DNA from: Sulfurospirillaceae bacterium
Lineage (GTDB): Bacteria; Campylobacterota; Campylobacteria; Campylobacterales; Sulfurospirillaceae
Direction: 5' to 3'
Length of the DNA stretch: 64,000 bases
Assembly (NCBI GenBank): GCA_033723415.1
Contig: JAWVXD010000007.1
Location: 47,091-111,090 of the forward strand
In this document: one piece after another, positions 48,833 to 57,773 of the stretch
How the letters are laid out: each line of letters opens with the position of its first letter
Numbering within the stretch: the stretch's first letter is position 1
Position numbers and translations under genes: made by a program
The notes under the pieces: model-generated
Told to the model about the DNA's origin: nothing
Databases searched by the model: none
What the model saw: the letters and a program-made list of their open reading frames with translations, nothing else

Positions 48833-49720
48833 TTATCCTTTGGAAGTTAGTCTGTCAATCTCACTTTTAGTTATTTCTCTTCCTAATTTTATCATATCTT
48901 TTGCTTTATCAAATTCATAGAACTCACAGGCATTACTTGGGATATCTATATTCATATCCGGGGCAAAGCCTGCTATCTTGTACTCAGTCAAGACTTTTTG
49001 CATCGTATCTATAGAGTATCCCATGACACCAAAGATACCGATCTTTTCAAAAGAATCTTTTTCTCTCAGAGAGAGCACTTCTTCTAATTTTTGTTCTAAT
49101 TTGGCAAATATACTATTGGGTTTGATTTTTTGATTTTTACTGGAAGTATCCTCAAAGGCTTTCCACGGTCTGGCGTTTAAATTTACGGCTATTGTCAAAT
49201 CCGTATCATCTGATATCGTAGGTGCTATAGGAATGGGATTTAAAACGCTACCGTCAACAAGATATCGTCCTCCAATTTTTTTTGGAGTAAATATAGTAGG
49301 AATCGCAATAGAAGCTCTTATAGCATCACACAAATTTCCTCTCTGAAGCCAAACCTCTTTTTGCTTTATGATATCAGTAGCTACTGCAGTAAATGAAATA
49401 GGAAGTTTTTCAATAAGCTCATTTCCGATCATTTTTTGGATGATATCAAATACTTTTTCTCCTTGAATAAATCCATTTTGCCTAAGAGAAAAATCCAACA
49501 ATTTAGCAACATCAAAAAATGAAAGTTTCAACACCCATTTCTTATACTCATCGAGTTTTCCACAAGCATAAAGACCACCGATCAATGCTCCCATGGATGA
49601 GCCTGAGATCGATCTAATCTCATAGCCATTTTCCAAAAGTACTTCTATAGCGCCAATATGAGCGTATCCTCTAGCTCCGCCACTACCTAAGACTAAAGAT
49701 ACGCTCTTCTTTTGGCTCAA
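48833..49720 (-). CDS. patatin-like phospholipase (RssA/YchK type)
   Basis: Oxyanion motif GSGGARGYAHIG, nucleophile GSSMGA (GxSxG) and catalytic Asp in LVDGSV. 295 aa with no signal peptide visible. Confidence 0.88.
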   Translation of the reverse strand: MSQKKSVSLVLGSGGARGYAHIGAIEVLLENGYEIRSISGSSMGALIGGLYACGKLDEYKKWVLKLSFFDVAKLLDFSLRQNGFIQGEKVFDIIQKMIGNELIEKLPISFTAVATDIIKQKEVWLQRGNLCDAIRASIAIPTIFTPKKIGGRYLVDGSVLNPIPIAPTISDDTDLTIAVNLNARPWKAFEDTSSKNQKIKPNSIFAKLEQKLEEVLSLREKDSFEKIGIFGVMGYSIDTMQKVLTEYKIAGFAPDMNIDIPSNACEFYEFDKAKDMIKLGREITKSEIDRLTSKG

Positions 49721-49732
49721 TTTCTTTCCTTT

Positions 49733-52700
49733 TTAGCTCTCTTTTATTTCATGCTTTTTATTTTCACTTCTTGAAAACATTTGTTTTATCCTGATCACCA
49801 GATAAAAGAATAACGGTATAAAGAAAACTCCTATAAGTGTAGCGGCTATCATACCGCCGACAACCGTTGTTCCGATTATATGTCTACTGTTTGCACCAGC
49901 TCCGCTACTTAGCACAAGTGGCATTGTTCCAACGATAAAAGCAAGAGAAGTCATGATAATCGGTCTAAATCTGAGTCTAGCCGCTTCTATAGTTGCATCG
50001 ATCAATGATAATCCATCTTTCATCTTTGCAACTGCAAATTCTACTATAAGTATAGCATTTTTAGCAGAAAGTCCGACTAGAGTAATAAGGCCGACCTGAA
50101 AATATATATCCATCTCCAAATGTCTCAGTAAAACAGCAAGTGTAGCACCAAAGATAGCAAACGGTATAGATATGATAACGGCTAGTGGAATACTCCAGCT
50201 CTCATACAATGCCGCCAAGATCAAAAATATAAATATAGCCGCATAAATTGCCGTATAATTTCCTTTTTCAGATAATTTCTTTTCTTGATATGACGTACCC
50301 GACCAGGCTATGCTATATCCGCTTGGCAATACTTTTGCGGCAATCTCTTCTATCGCTTTCATTGCATCGCTTGATGCATATCCAGGTCCAGGATTTCCCG
50401 TGATCTTTGCTGAATTAAACATATTAAATCTTTGTATGATGTTTGCATCTACCACTCTTTTTATCTTTACTAGAGCGCTTATCGGTATCAATTTACCGGT
50501 TGTTGATCTGACAAAAACATCATCATAGTTTTTCTTAGTAGATCTGAATTTAGAGTCAGCCTGGATATCGACATGAAATGTTCTTCCAAAAAGATTAAAA
50601 TCATTAATATAACCTTGTCCAAACATTGTGGATAATGTCTTATAAATATCATTGACCGGAACATTCATAGCTTTCGCCTTTTCTCTGTTCAAGGTAAGGC
50701 TATATTGTGGTATGTTGGTATTTAACGTGGTCCTGACACCTCTTAGTCTTGGATCGGCATTTGCTTCGCTTACGATTTCTTGTACATATTTATTTAGTGT
50801 TTTCAAATCGCTGCCGGCTCTATCTTGCACCCACATCTCAAAGCCTCCTGTGATACTCATACCACGAATTGGTGGAGGATTTACAGGTATAACAAAGGCA
50901 TCTTTATCTTGCATAAAATGCATCATGAATTTTCCGGCCAACGCCTGTGCACTTTGTGATGGTGACTTTCGCTCACTCCAAGGCTTTAATCTTGCAAACA
51001 TGATACCTGCATCTGTCGTATAGGCAAATGTTGTAATATCTAGTCCTGTTATGGAAGCGGTTGTCTTTACATTTGGATCATCAAAGATATGTTTTTCTAT
51101 CTTTGCTGCTATTTTTGCACTTTCAGATAATGCGGTTGCAGGCATCATCTTTTCAATCACCAGCAAAATACCCTGATCTTCATTTGGGACAAGTCCTCTT
51201 GGCAATCTTTCCATGATATGGTATGTCAAATAGAGTAAGCCGCCGAATAATATCAGAGAAAAAAACCATAGTTTTATAGTCGTCCTCGCTGATTTTAAAA
51301 ATATCTTGGTTGACCAACTAAAGAATTGATTAAATTTTCTGATAGGCCAAATCGGTGCACTTTCGTGTTCTTTTAAAAAGATCGCACACAAAGCAGGAGT
51401 CAAAGTAAGTGCCACTATTCCTGATATAACAACCGCCATTACTATAGTCATAGCAAATTGTTGATACATCACACCGCTAAACCCACCCGATAAAGCGGCT
51501 GGAACAAATACCGCCGAGAGTACCAAAACGATCGCAATGATCGGAGTCGCAAGCTCGCTCATAGCCTCTATCGTCGCTTCTTTGACGCTTACGCTTTTCG
51601 TCGATAATATTCTTTCTACGTTTTCTATAACGATGATGGCATCATCTACGACCAGTCCGATTGCAAGTATCAAACCAAATAAGGTTAAAAGATTTATTGA
51701 AAATCCAGCAACGTATAATCCTGCAAAAGTACCTATTATAGAGACCGGAATTGCCAGTATCGGGATGATCGTAGCTCTGATATTTCCCAAAAAGATATAA
51801 ATTAGAATAGTCACAAATAAGATAGCTTCAAAGAGTGTCTTTAAAACCTCATCAATAGAAGCTTTGACAAAAACCGTCGTATCATATGGTATGCTATATT
51901 GTAAATCAGGAGGAAATGATTTTGACAATTCTTTGAGTGTCTTATCTACGGCAGCTGAGACATCCAATGCATTTGCACCTGATGACAAGAAGATACCCAC
52001 AGGCATCATAGGTTTACCTGCTGCCGTACCTACAGTATCGTATGCATCAGAACCTAGTTCTATCCTTGCCACATCCTTAACTCTAAGAGTCGATCCATCT
52101 GGATTTGATCTTATTATAATATTGCCAAACTCTTTAGGAGTTTTTAGTCTTCCCTCTGTGGAGACGATATAAGTAAAAGGTTTTTTTTCCTGCAACGGCT
52201 CTTTTCCCACAGAACCTGCTGCATATTGGTTATTTTGACTATCAACAGCATCGATGACATCAGTAGTACTAAGACCGTAAAATGCCAATTTAGCAGGATC
52301 TACCCAGATTCTAATTGCATAGTCTTTTTCACCAAAGATCGTTGCATCTCCTACTCCAGGGATTCTCTTTAGTGCATCGACTACGTTCACTAAAAGATAA
52401 TTAGACATAAATAATCTATCATGAACATGATTTTTTGAAAAGAACGTGATAACCTTCAGCATATCAGGAGATCGCTCTTTTACGCTTACCCCTTGTTTTC
52501 TTACTGCATCCGGCAACTTGGTCATTGCTAATTGTATCCTATTGTTTACATCCACTTTTGCCTGTGCTACATCTGTTCCCACTCTGAAAAACACACTGAT
52601 CCTCAAAACTCCACTAGGAGAAGCAGTCGATGTCATGTAACTCATATTTTCTACACCGTTGATAGCATCTTCGAGTGTTCCCGCAACAGTTTTAGATAAC

Positions 52701-52870
52701 GTTTTTGCATCTGCCCCAGGATAAACCGCCGTGATATTGATCTGAGGAGGTGCAACTGCCGGATACTGCTTAATCGGTAAGATTTGGATAGCAACTATCC
52801 CCGCTATGATTATCAGTATCGAGACAACCGTTGCAAAGATAGGTCTATTTATAAAAAATTTTGAAAACAT
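49733..52870 (-). CDS. RND (HAE1) multidrug efflux permease, AcrB/CmeF-like
   Basis: 1045 aa with N-terminal FFINRPIFA, 12 TM helices and two large periplasmic loops. The AIGLVVDDAIIVIENVER proton-relay block is present. Confidence 0.93.
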   Translation of the reverse strand: MFSKFFINRPIFATVVSILIIIAGIVAIQILPIKQYPAVAPPQINITAVYPGADAKTLSKTVAGTLEDAINGVENMSYMTSTASPSGVLRISVFFRVGTDVAQAKVDVNNRIQLAMTKLPDAVRKQGVSVKERSPDMLKVITFFSKNHVHDRLFMSNYLLVNVVDALKRIPGVGDATIFGEKDYAIRIWVDPAKLAFYGLSTTDVIDAVDSQNNQYAAGSVGKEPLQEKKPFTYIVSTEGRLKTPKEFGNIIIRSNPDGSTLRVKDVARIELGSDAYDTVGTAAGKPMMPVGIFLSSGANALDVSAAVDKTLKELSKSFPPDLQYSIPYDTTVFVKASIDEVLKTLFEAILFVTILIYIFLGNIRATIIPILAIPVSIIGTFAGLYVAGFSINLLTLFGLILAIGLVVDDAIIVIENVERILSTKSVSVKEATIEAMSELATPIIAIVLVLSAVFVPAALSGGFSGVMYQQFAMTIVMAVVISGIVALTLTPALCAIFLKEHESAPIWPIRKFNQFFSWSTKIFLKSARTTIKLWFFSLILFGGLLYLTYHIMERLPRGLVPNEDQGILLVIEKMMPATALSESAKIAAKIEKHIFDDPNVKTTASITGLDITTFAYTTDAGIMFARLKPWSERKSPSQSAQALAGKFMMHFMQDKDAFVIPVNPPPIRGMSITGGFEMWVQDRAGSDLKTLNKYVQEIVSEANADPRLRGVRTTLNTNIPQYSLTLNREKAKAMNVPVNDIYKTLSTMFGQGYINDFNLFGRTFHVDIQADSKFRSTKKNYDDVFVRSTTGKLIPISALVKIKRVVDANIIQRFNMFNSAKITGNPGPGYASSDAMKAIEEIAAKVLPSGYSIAWSGTSYQEKKLSEKGNYTAIYAAIFIFLILAALYESWSIPLAVIISIPFAIFGATLAVLLRHLEMDIYFQVGLITLVGLSAKNAILIVEFAVAKMKDGLSLIDATIEAARLRFRPIIMTSLAFIVGTMPLVLSSGAGANSRHIIGTTVVGGMIAATLIGVFFIPLFFYLVIRIKQMFSRSENKKHEIKES

Positions 52871-53992
52871 CTATTTTCCTTGGGAATTGACTGTTTTATC
52901 TATTTGAACATTTGCACCAGGCTTCAGTCTAAAGAAATTATTAATTATTACTTTATCTCCTGTTTTTAGAGTTCCTGGTTTAATCGTAAATTTGTCTCCT
53001 GCCTCATTCTCTACAAAAACAGGTCTTACGGCGACCTTTCCTTTTTCGACTATAAATACTATAGTTCCTAGAGGATTTTGTAAGACTGCTTTTTGAGGGA
53101 TCAAGATCACGTTTTTTTCAGAGATATCATTGATCGTTACCCTAGCAAAACTTCCAGGCATCAAATAGCCGTCTTTATTATCAAAGACCGCTCTTAATTT
53201 CACGGTTGAAGTGTCTTTATTTATATTAACATCAATAAAATCAACCACACCGACTTGTTTATACGGTTTGCCGTCTATCTCTAAACTCACTAGCATCTTA
53301 CCGTTGGAGGGAAGAGTCCATACTTTATTTTTGATGTTTATATAATCACTCATAGGCATAGAAAATTCTACATAAACTTTGTCATTTTGCGTAATATTTA
53401 CAAGAGTCGTAGGAGGAGTTTGGGTTACCAGATCACCTACGTCAACCTGTTTTAATCCGATCGTACCGCTGATAGGTGCTTTTACTTCTGTGTAGTTCAG
53501 ATCAATCTGTGCTTGCATGAGCTGTGCTTTTGCCAAAGACAAGGCAGCCTCGGCTTGAGAGAAAGCACTCAAAGCAGAATCTCTTGTTTCTTGACTAACT
53601 GCCTTGCTGGCATATAGTTTTTTGATTCTCTTCCAATTCCTAGTCGCATTTTCCAAAGAAGCCTCGCTCATTTTCACAGAAGCTTTTGCAGCATCTACTT
53701 TTGCTTTGTAGCTTCTATCTTCTATCTTATATAGAAGTTCACCTTTTGCCACATGCTGCCCTTCTGTAAAGTATTTTTTTTCCAATACTCCAAGAACTCT
53801 TGATACTACTTTTACACTTTTAAACGAATCTATTTGAGCAGGATATTTAAGCGTGATCGGTAACTCTTTTGGTGCTTGCACTATAAATATATCTGCTTTT
53901 GGAGTCGGCATTTTTGGTGCCGCATACGATGATATAGGTATTAAAATCAGCGAAAACGATAATATCGCCAATCTTATTTGATTTTTTTTCAC
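52871..53992 (-). CDS. RND efflux periplasmic adaptor (AcrA/CmeE-like)
   Basis: Signal peptide, lipoyl-like motif (FTEGQHVAKGELLYKIE ... APISGTIG), alpha-hairpin and beta-barrel. It abuts the RND gene with no gap. Confidence 0.9.
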   Translation of the reverse strand: MKKNQIRLAILSFSLILIPISSYAAPKMPTPKADIFIVQAPKELPITLKYPAQIDSFKSVKVVSRVLGVLEKKYFTEGQHVAKGELLYKIEDRSYKAKVDAAKASVKMSEASLENATRNWKRIKKLYASKAVSQETRDSALSAFSQAEAALSLAKAQLMQAQIDLNYTEVKAPISGTIGLKQVDVGDLVTQTPPTTLVNITQNDKVYVEFSMPMSDYINIKNKVWTLPSNGKMLVSLEIDGKPYKQVGVVDFIDVNINKDTSTVKLRAVFDNKDGYLMPGSFARVTINDISEKNVILIPQKAVLQNPLGTIVFIVEKGKVAVRPVFVENEAGDKFTIKPGTLKTGDKVIINNFFRLKPGANVQIDKTVNSQGK

Positions 53993-55215
53993 TTGATATA
54001 CTCCTGAATATTTTTGTTTGCATAATAATAATATGATGCATAATCTATTTGTAACTTGTTAAGAGCAGTTTCATATTGTGCTTTTGCATTTGTTTTCACA
54101 GTGAGTGCATCTAAATAAGCCACGTTGTCAATACTCCCTACTTCATATTTCTTTGCTACTGTTTCATATGCGCTCTTTGCTGAGATCAAAGAACTTTTTG
54201 CACTTCTTATTTGTGCTTTTGCAGTTTTTATTTTTGATAATGCTAACTCTACATTGATATCTTGTGCTTTGACTTGCTGATCTATTTGTTTTTCCAGTGC
54301 CATTTTTTGAATCATGACGGATTGTTTTTGTTTAGAGGCAAGCCCGTCATCATAAAGTTTTATATCAAATGTGAGCATTAGTTTATTTTGATTATCCAAG
54401 CCTTTTGGATGACTCATATCATCCCTTCCGTATCCATAAACACTTAATGTGTCTGAGAGAGCGATCTTAGGACGATAAGAGGAGGCAAAAGAGTTTGCAT
54501 AGTATGCTAGCGCCTTTGCATTTTGTTTCAGAACATTTGCATCATCGCTTAATTCTTGTTTTATGCCTACAGGTTCCAAAATTTTGGAGTCATCAATGGT
54601 TTCAACTTTTTTGCCTATTTTCAAAGATAGAAGTTTTTTCAAAGATAACAATTGGTATTTTGCTTCATCAATCTGATATACATTATTACTGTAAGCTGCT
54701 TGTAACTTATCTATATCATCTTTTGTAGCACTTCCAACCTCATAAAACTTTTTCACCCTTGATAGTTCAGCTTCTAATTGATTTTGCATCTCATCCAATG
54801 CTTCAATATTTGCTTTTACATTTTTTATATTGTAAAAATCCTGTACGATTGATAATTGTAAGCTCTTTTTATATGATGCCGTATCATATTTTGAAGATTC
54901 AAATAAAGCTTTCTTTTGTTCAATCATACTATTTTTGTAACCGCCATCATACAAATCAACTGAAACTTTTGCATAACCGCTGTAAATATCGCCTGGTGTA
55001 TTTGCTGATCTAGCATTAAGATTTTGGTAATACCCTCCTACATCAATGGAGGGATATTTCGCACTCATAGATGATTCTACATCTTTCATTTTTGATTGCT
55101 GTGTTAAATTTTTTGAGAGGACTATATTATTGTTTGAAACTGCATAGTCTAATAGTGATTTCAAACTATCTGCATATATTAGTGCCGGGATCGCTAGGAT
55201 TAGTAGTCTTTTCAT
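53989..55215 (-). CDS. TolC-family outer membrane efflux protein (CmeD-like)
   Basis: 408 aa with a signal peptide and two OEP repeats. The OMP-MFP-RND gene order matches Campylobacter cmeDEF, from memory. Confidence 0.85.
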   Translation of the reverse strand: MKRLLILAIPALIYADSLKSLLDYAVSNNNIVLSKNLTQQSKMKDVESSMSAKYPSIDVGGYYQNLNARSANTPGDIYSGYAKVSVDLYDGGYKNSMIEQKKALFESSKYDTASYKKSLQLSIVQDFYNIKNVKANIEALDEMQNQLEAELSRVKKFYEVGSATKDDIDKLQAAYSNNVYQIDEAKYQLLSLKKLLSLKIGKKVETIDDSKILEPVGIKQELSDDANVLKQNAKALAYYANSFASSYRPKIALSDTLSVYGYGRDDMSHPKGLDNQNKLMLTFDIKLYDDGLASKQKQSVMIQKMALEKQIDQQVKAQDINVELALSKIKTAKAQIRSAKSSLISAKSAYETVAKKYEVGSIDNVAYLDALTVKTNAKAQYETALNKLQIDYASYYYYANKNIQEYIK

Positions 55216-55646
55216 TCGTTTAGTTCCTTGTAATATTTTTTTATCTTTTCTAGTACTTTTAAAGTAGTTTCATAATCATCATCATTAATGATATTTTTTA
55301 GATCCTCTTCTTGTTTTTTAAAAATAGGAGTCAATTCTTCTATACCTTTTTTTGTTTCTTGCGTTACATAAATCTGAAATATTCGTCTGTCTTCATTTGA
55401 GACTTTACGAATCAATTTTCCTTTTTTTACCAAAGTATCTATTATCCTTGTTATCGTAGTTTTATCTTTATGCAAACAGCCGGCAATTTGTGTCTGAGAA
55501 AGCCCTGGCATCTCGTACACAAATTTTAAAAGGATACCTTGTTCGCTACTGATACCATATGGTTTGAGATATTTATTGGTTTTACTGTCCATTATATTTT
55601 TGGTTAATTTCATTTGCAGCAAAAGACTGTTTTTCATATCATCCAA
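55212..55646 (-). CDS. MarR family transcriptional regulator
   Basis: Winged-helix core LSQTQIAGCLHKDKTTITRIIDTLVKKGKLIRK. I prefer the TTG at 55646 (AAGGAG 5 nt upstream) or the ATG at 55637. The track start at 55703 would read through a palindromic operator. Confidence 0.82.
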   Translation of the reverse strand: MDDMKNSLLLQMKLTKNIMDSKTNKYLKPYGISSEQGILLKFVYEMPGLSQTQIAGCLHKDKTTITRIIDTLVKKGKLIRKVSNEDRRIFQIYVTQETKKGIEELTPIFKKQEEDLKNIINDDDYETTLKVLEKIKKYYKELNE

Positions 55647-55660
55647 ATGTTCTCCTTCCT

Positions 55661-55697
55661 TATAGTTGTATATACAACTTTTAGTAATGCAACTATA
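55661..55697. promoter_or_regulatory. candidate MarR operator: 16-bp perfect palindrome AGTTGTATATACAACT plus a third half-site
   Basis: The palindrome lies at 55664-55679. TATAGTTG at 55661-55668 is repeated in inverted form as CAACTATA at 55690-55697. The site lies between the -10 box and the marR Shine-Dalgarno. Confidence 0.55.
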
Positions 55698-55716
55698 TAT
55701 CAAACATACTTAAACT

Positions 55717-55722
55717 ATTATA
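55717..55722 (-). promoter_or_regulatory. -10 hexamer TATAAT of the marR-efflux operon
   Basis: A consensus hexamer on the minus strand in the 66-nt gap after flhB, just upstream of the palindrome. Confidence 0.35.
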
Positions 55723-55769
55723 TAAGAAAATAGTTAATTAGCGCGTTTTTAGAGTTTTCTAGTCTAAGA

Positions 55770-56822
55770 TTATTTTTTGTTAGATTGATATACGAATGCT
55801 AAAACTTCGGCAACAGCCTTGTATAAGTTTTCAGGGATTGTATCAAGTAAGTCACATTTTTTATATAACTCTCTAGCAAGAGGAGGATTTTCTACTATCT
55901 GTATTTCATATTTCATTGCTATTTCTTTGATCTTCAAAGCCAAAAAGTCAACTCCTTTTGCCAATACTTTTGGTGCATCTTCTTTGTTTTTATCATACCT
56001 GAGGGCAACTGCAAAATGTGTAGGATTTGTTATGACGACATCAGCATTTGGTATCTCTTGCATCATCCTTTTCTTAGTCATTTCCATCTGAATTCTTCTT
56101 ATTCTGGATTTTATATGTGGATCACCCTCCATTTGCTTATATTCATCTTTTATCTCTTGTTTGCTCATTTTTAAATCTTTAAAATAGTTATATCTTACAA
56201 AGAACAGATCAAATATAGCCAATAAAAAAAATATTATCAGCATAGCAGAACCTAATAATATTGCTTTTGCTCTGAGCCAATCAAGCTGATGAAAGATCGA
56301 GAGATAGACGACACTCGGTAACTCTTTTGTAAAAGCATACAAGAAATAGTAAGCTACCCACATGACTATTGAAACTTTTATCACAACTTTTACTGTTTCG
56401 ACTAATTTTTTGATTGAAAGTAAATTCTTCAATCCTTTTATAGGGTTTATTTTGTTTAAATCAGGAGTAAGAGGTTTTGTGCTAAACAAAAAACCAAATT
56501 GCAGTAAAGCTGCCAAAACACCGGATATGGCCACGGCTATTGCTAATGGTAAAATTATCAATGCTGTCTCTTTCATAGTTGTAATTGACATATCTAAAAT
56601 TATATTTTTTGTTAATTCGACTCCTATAAAAGATTGAAAATATAAATACAAATGTACGATATGCTTCTGCATAAAGTCAAAAAGGGCTATAAAAGCAAAA
56701 ATTGCCACTACTAATGTAACAAAACTGCTTGCATCCTGACTTCTTGGGACATTCCCTTCTTTCCTAGCATCCTCAATCTTCTTGGAGGTGGGTTCTTCCG
56801 TCTTTTCTTGATCGTCTGCCAT
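55770..56822 (-). CDS. flhB: flagellar type III export apparatus protein FlhB
   Basis: Export-gate N-terminus EKTEEPTSKKIEDARKEGNVPRSQD, four TM helices and the NPTH autocleavage site (VVITNPTHFAVAL). 350 aa. Confidence 0.95.
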   Translation of the reverse strand: MADDQEKTEEPTSKKIEDARKEGNVPRSQDASSFVTLVVAIFAFIALFDFMQKHIVHLYLYFQSFIGVELTKNIILDMSITTMKETALIILPLAIAVAISGVLAALLQFGFLFSTKPLTPDLNKINPIKGLKNLLSIKKLVETVKVVIKVSIVMWVAYYFLYAFTKELPSVVYLSIFHQLDWLRAKAILLGSAMLIIFFLLAIFDLFFVRYNYFKDLKMSKQEIKDEYKQMEGDPHIKSRIRRIQMEMTKKRMMQEIPNADVVITNPTHFAVALRYDKNKEDAPKVLAKGVDFLALKIKEIAMKYEIQIVENPPLARELYKKCDLLDTIPENLYKAVAEVLAFVYQSNKK

Positions 56823-56829
56823 CGTTTTT

Positions 56830-57645
56830 TCAGATTATCTTCATAGAAAGATCTAGCCAAGTGGCCTGGTGGATAAGACTACCGCTGCTTATGGCGTCTA
56901 CCTTTGTTTCTGCATACTCTTTTATATTGTCTTTTGTAATATTGCCGCTGGCTTCGACAAGTATATATGAAAAATTTTTATTTTTATATTCAACTACTTC
57001 TTTTATATCGGTAAGCTCCATATTGTCACACATGATCATATCGGCTCCACATTGCATTGCATACTTGGCAAATTCTACACTTTCACATTCGATCTCAATC
57101 TTTGAAGTATATGGAAGTTTATTTTTTGCTGTTTTTAAAAATTCTTCTAAATTTTCTATTGTTTTTATGTGTGTATCTTTTAGCATCAAACAATCATCCA
57201 AGCCCATTCTGTGATTGTTTCCTCCGCCACATCTTACTGCATATTTTTCAAAGATCCTAAGAAATGGTCTCGTTTTTCTGGTATCTAAGAGCTTTATATC
57301 ATAGTCTTTTATCTGTTGTACATATTTATTTGTATTTGTTGCGATTCCGCTGGCATGTTGCAGCAAGTTTAGTATAGTTCTCTCACACATCAAAAGTTTT
57401 TTTGATTTACCCTTTAAGATAGCTATAACATCACCTGTAAAAATACCTTCTCCATCTTTTATGTTAAATTTTATATCTATATTTTCAATCTTACAAAGTG
57501 CTTTTACATAAACAGTACCTGCCAAAATGCCGCAATCTTTTGAGATTATTTTTGCCGTAGATTTTTTATTGTCTCCAACCAGATAAAACAAATCTCCTCT
57601 GCCTATATCCTCTTGGAGTGCATTTTTAACAAATTTTTTTATCAT
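56830..57645 (-). CDS. nadC: nicotinate-nucleotide diphosphorylase (quinolinate phosphoribosyltransferase)
   Basis: 271 aa with QPRTase blocks ER..LN.LQH.SGIAT, LDTRKT.P, GGG.NHR.GL.D and LVEASGNIT. Confidence 0.88.
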   Translation of the reverse strand: MIKKFVKNALQEDIGRGDLFYLVGDNKKSTAKIISKDCGILAGTVYVKALCKIENIDIKFNIKDGEGIFTGDVIAILKGKSKKLLMCERTILNLLQHASGIATNTNKYVQQIKDYDIKLLDTRKTRPFLRIFEKYAVRCGGGNNHRMGLDDCLMLKDTHIKTIENLEEFLKTAKNKLPYTSKIEIECESVEFAKYAMQCGADMIMCDNMELTDIKEVVEYKNKNFSYILVEASGNITKDNIKEYAETKVDAISSGSLIHQATWLDLSMKII

Positions 57646-57773
57646 TTAACTATCTCCCTTTTACTGAACAAATCCAGCAAAAATTCCTCGAATTTGAGTT
57701 TTAGTTTTTCGAAGAATTTTATTATTTATCTCTTCTTTCTGCTGAACCACCTAGCAAAAAATCATCTCATTTT

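Noticed and set aside
48833-49720. Patatin gene as a CBASS-type or other phage-defence effector.
   Set aside because: No cyclase/nucleotidyltransferase, E1/E2/JAB, SMODS/SAVED or other defence partner is adjacent. Both flanks are efflux pump genes in tight translational coupling, and the protein looks like the RssA/YchK housekeeping type.
57664-57761. An imperfect direct repeat of about 20 nt (CTGAACAAATCCAGCAAAAA / CTGAACCACCTAGCAAAAAA) in the nadA-nadC spacer.
   Set aside because: Only the 6-nt and 8-nt flanks match exactly, and an indel is needed between them. In DNA this AT-rich the similarity may be chance, and no associated hairpin or known operator pattern is present.
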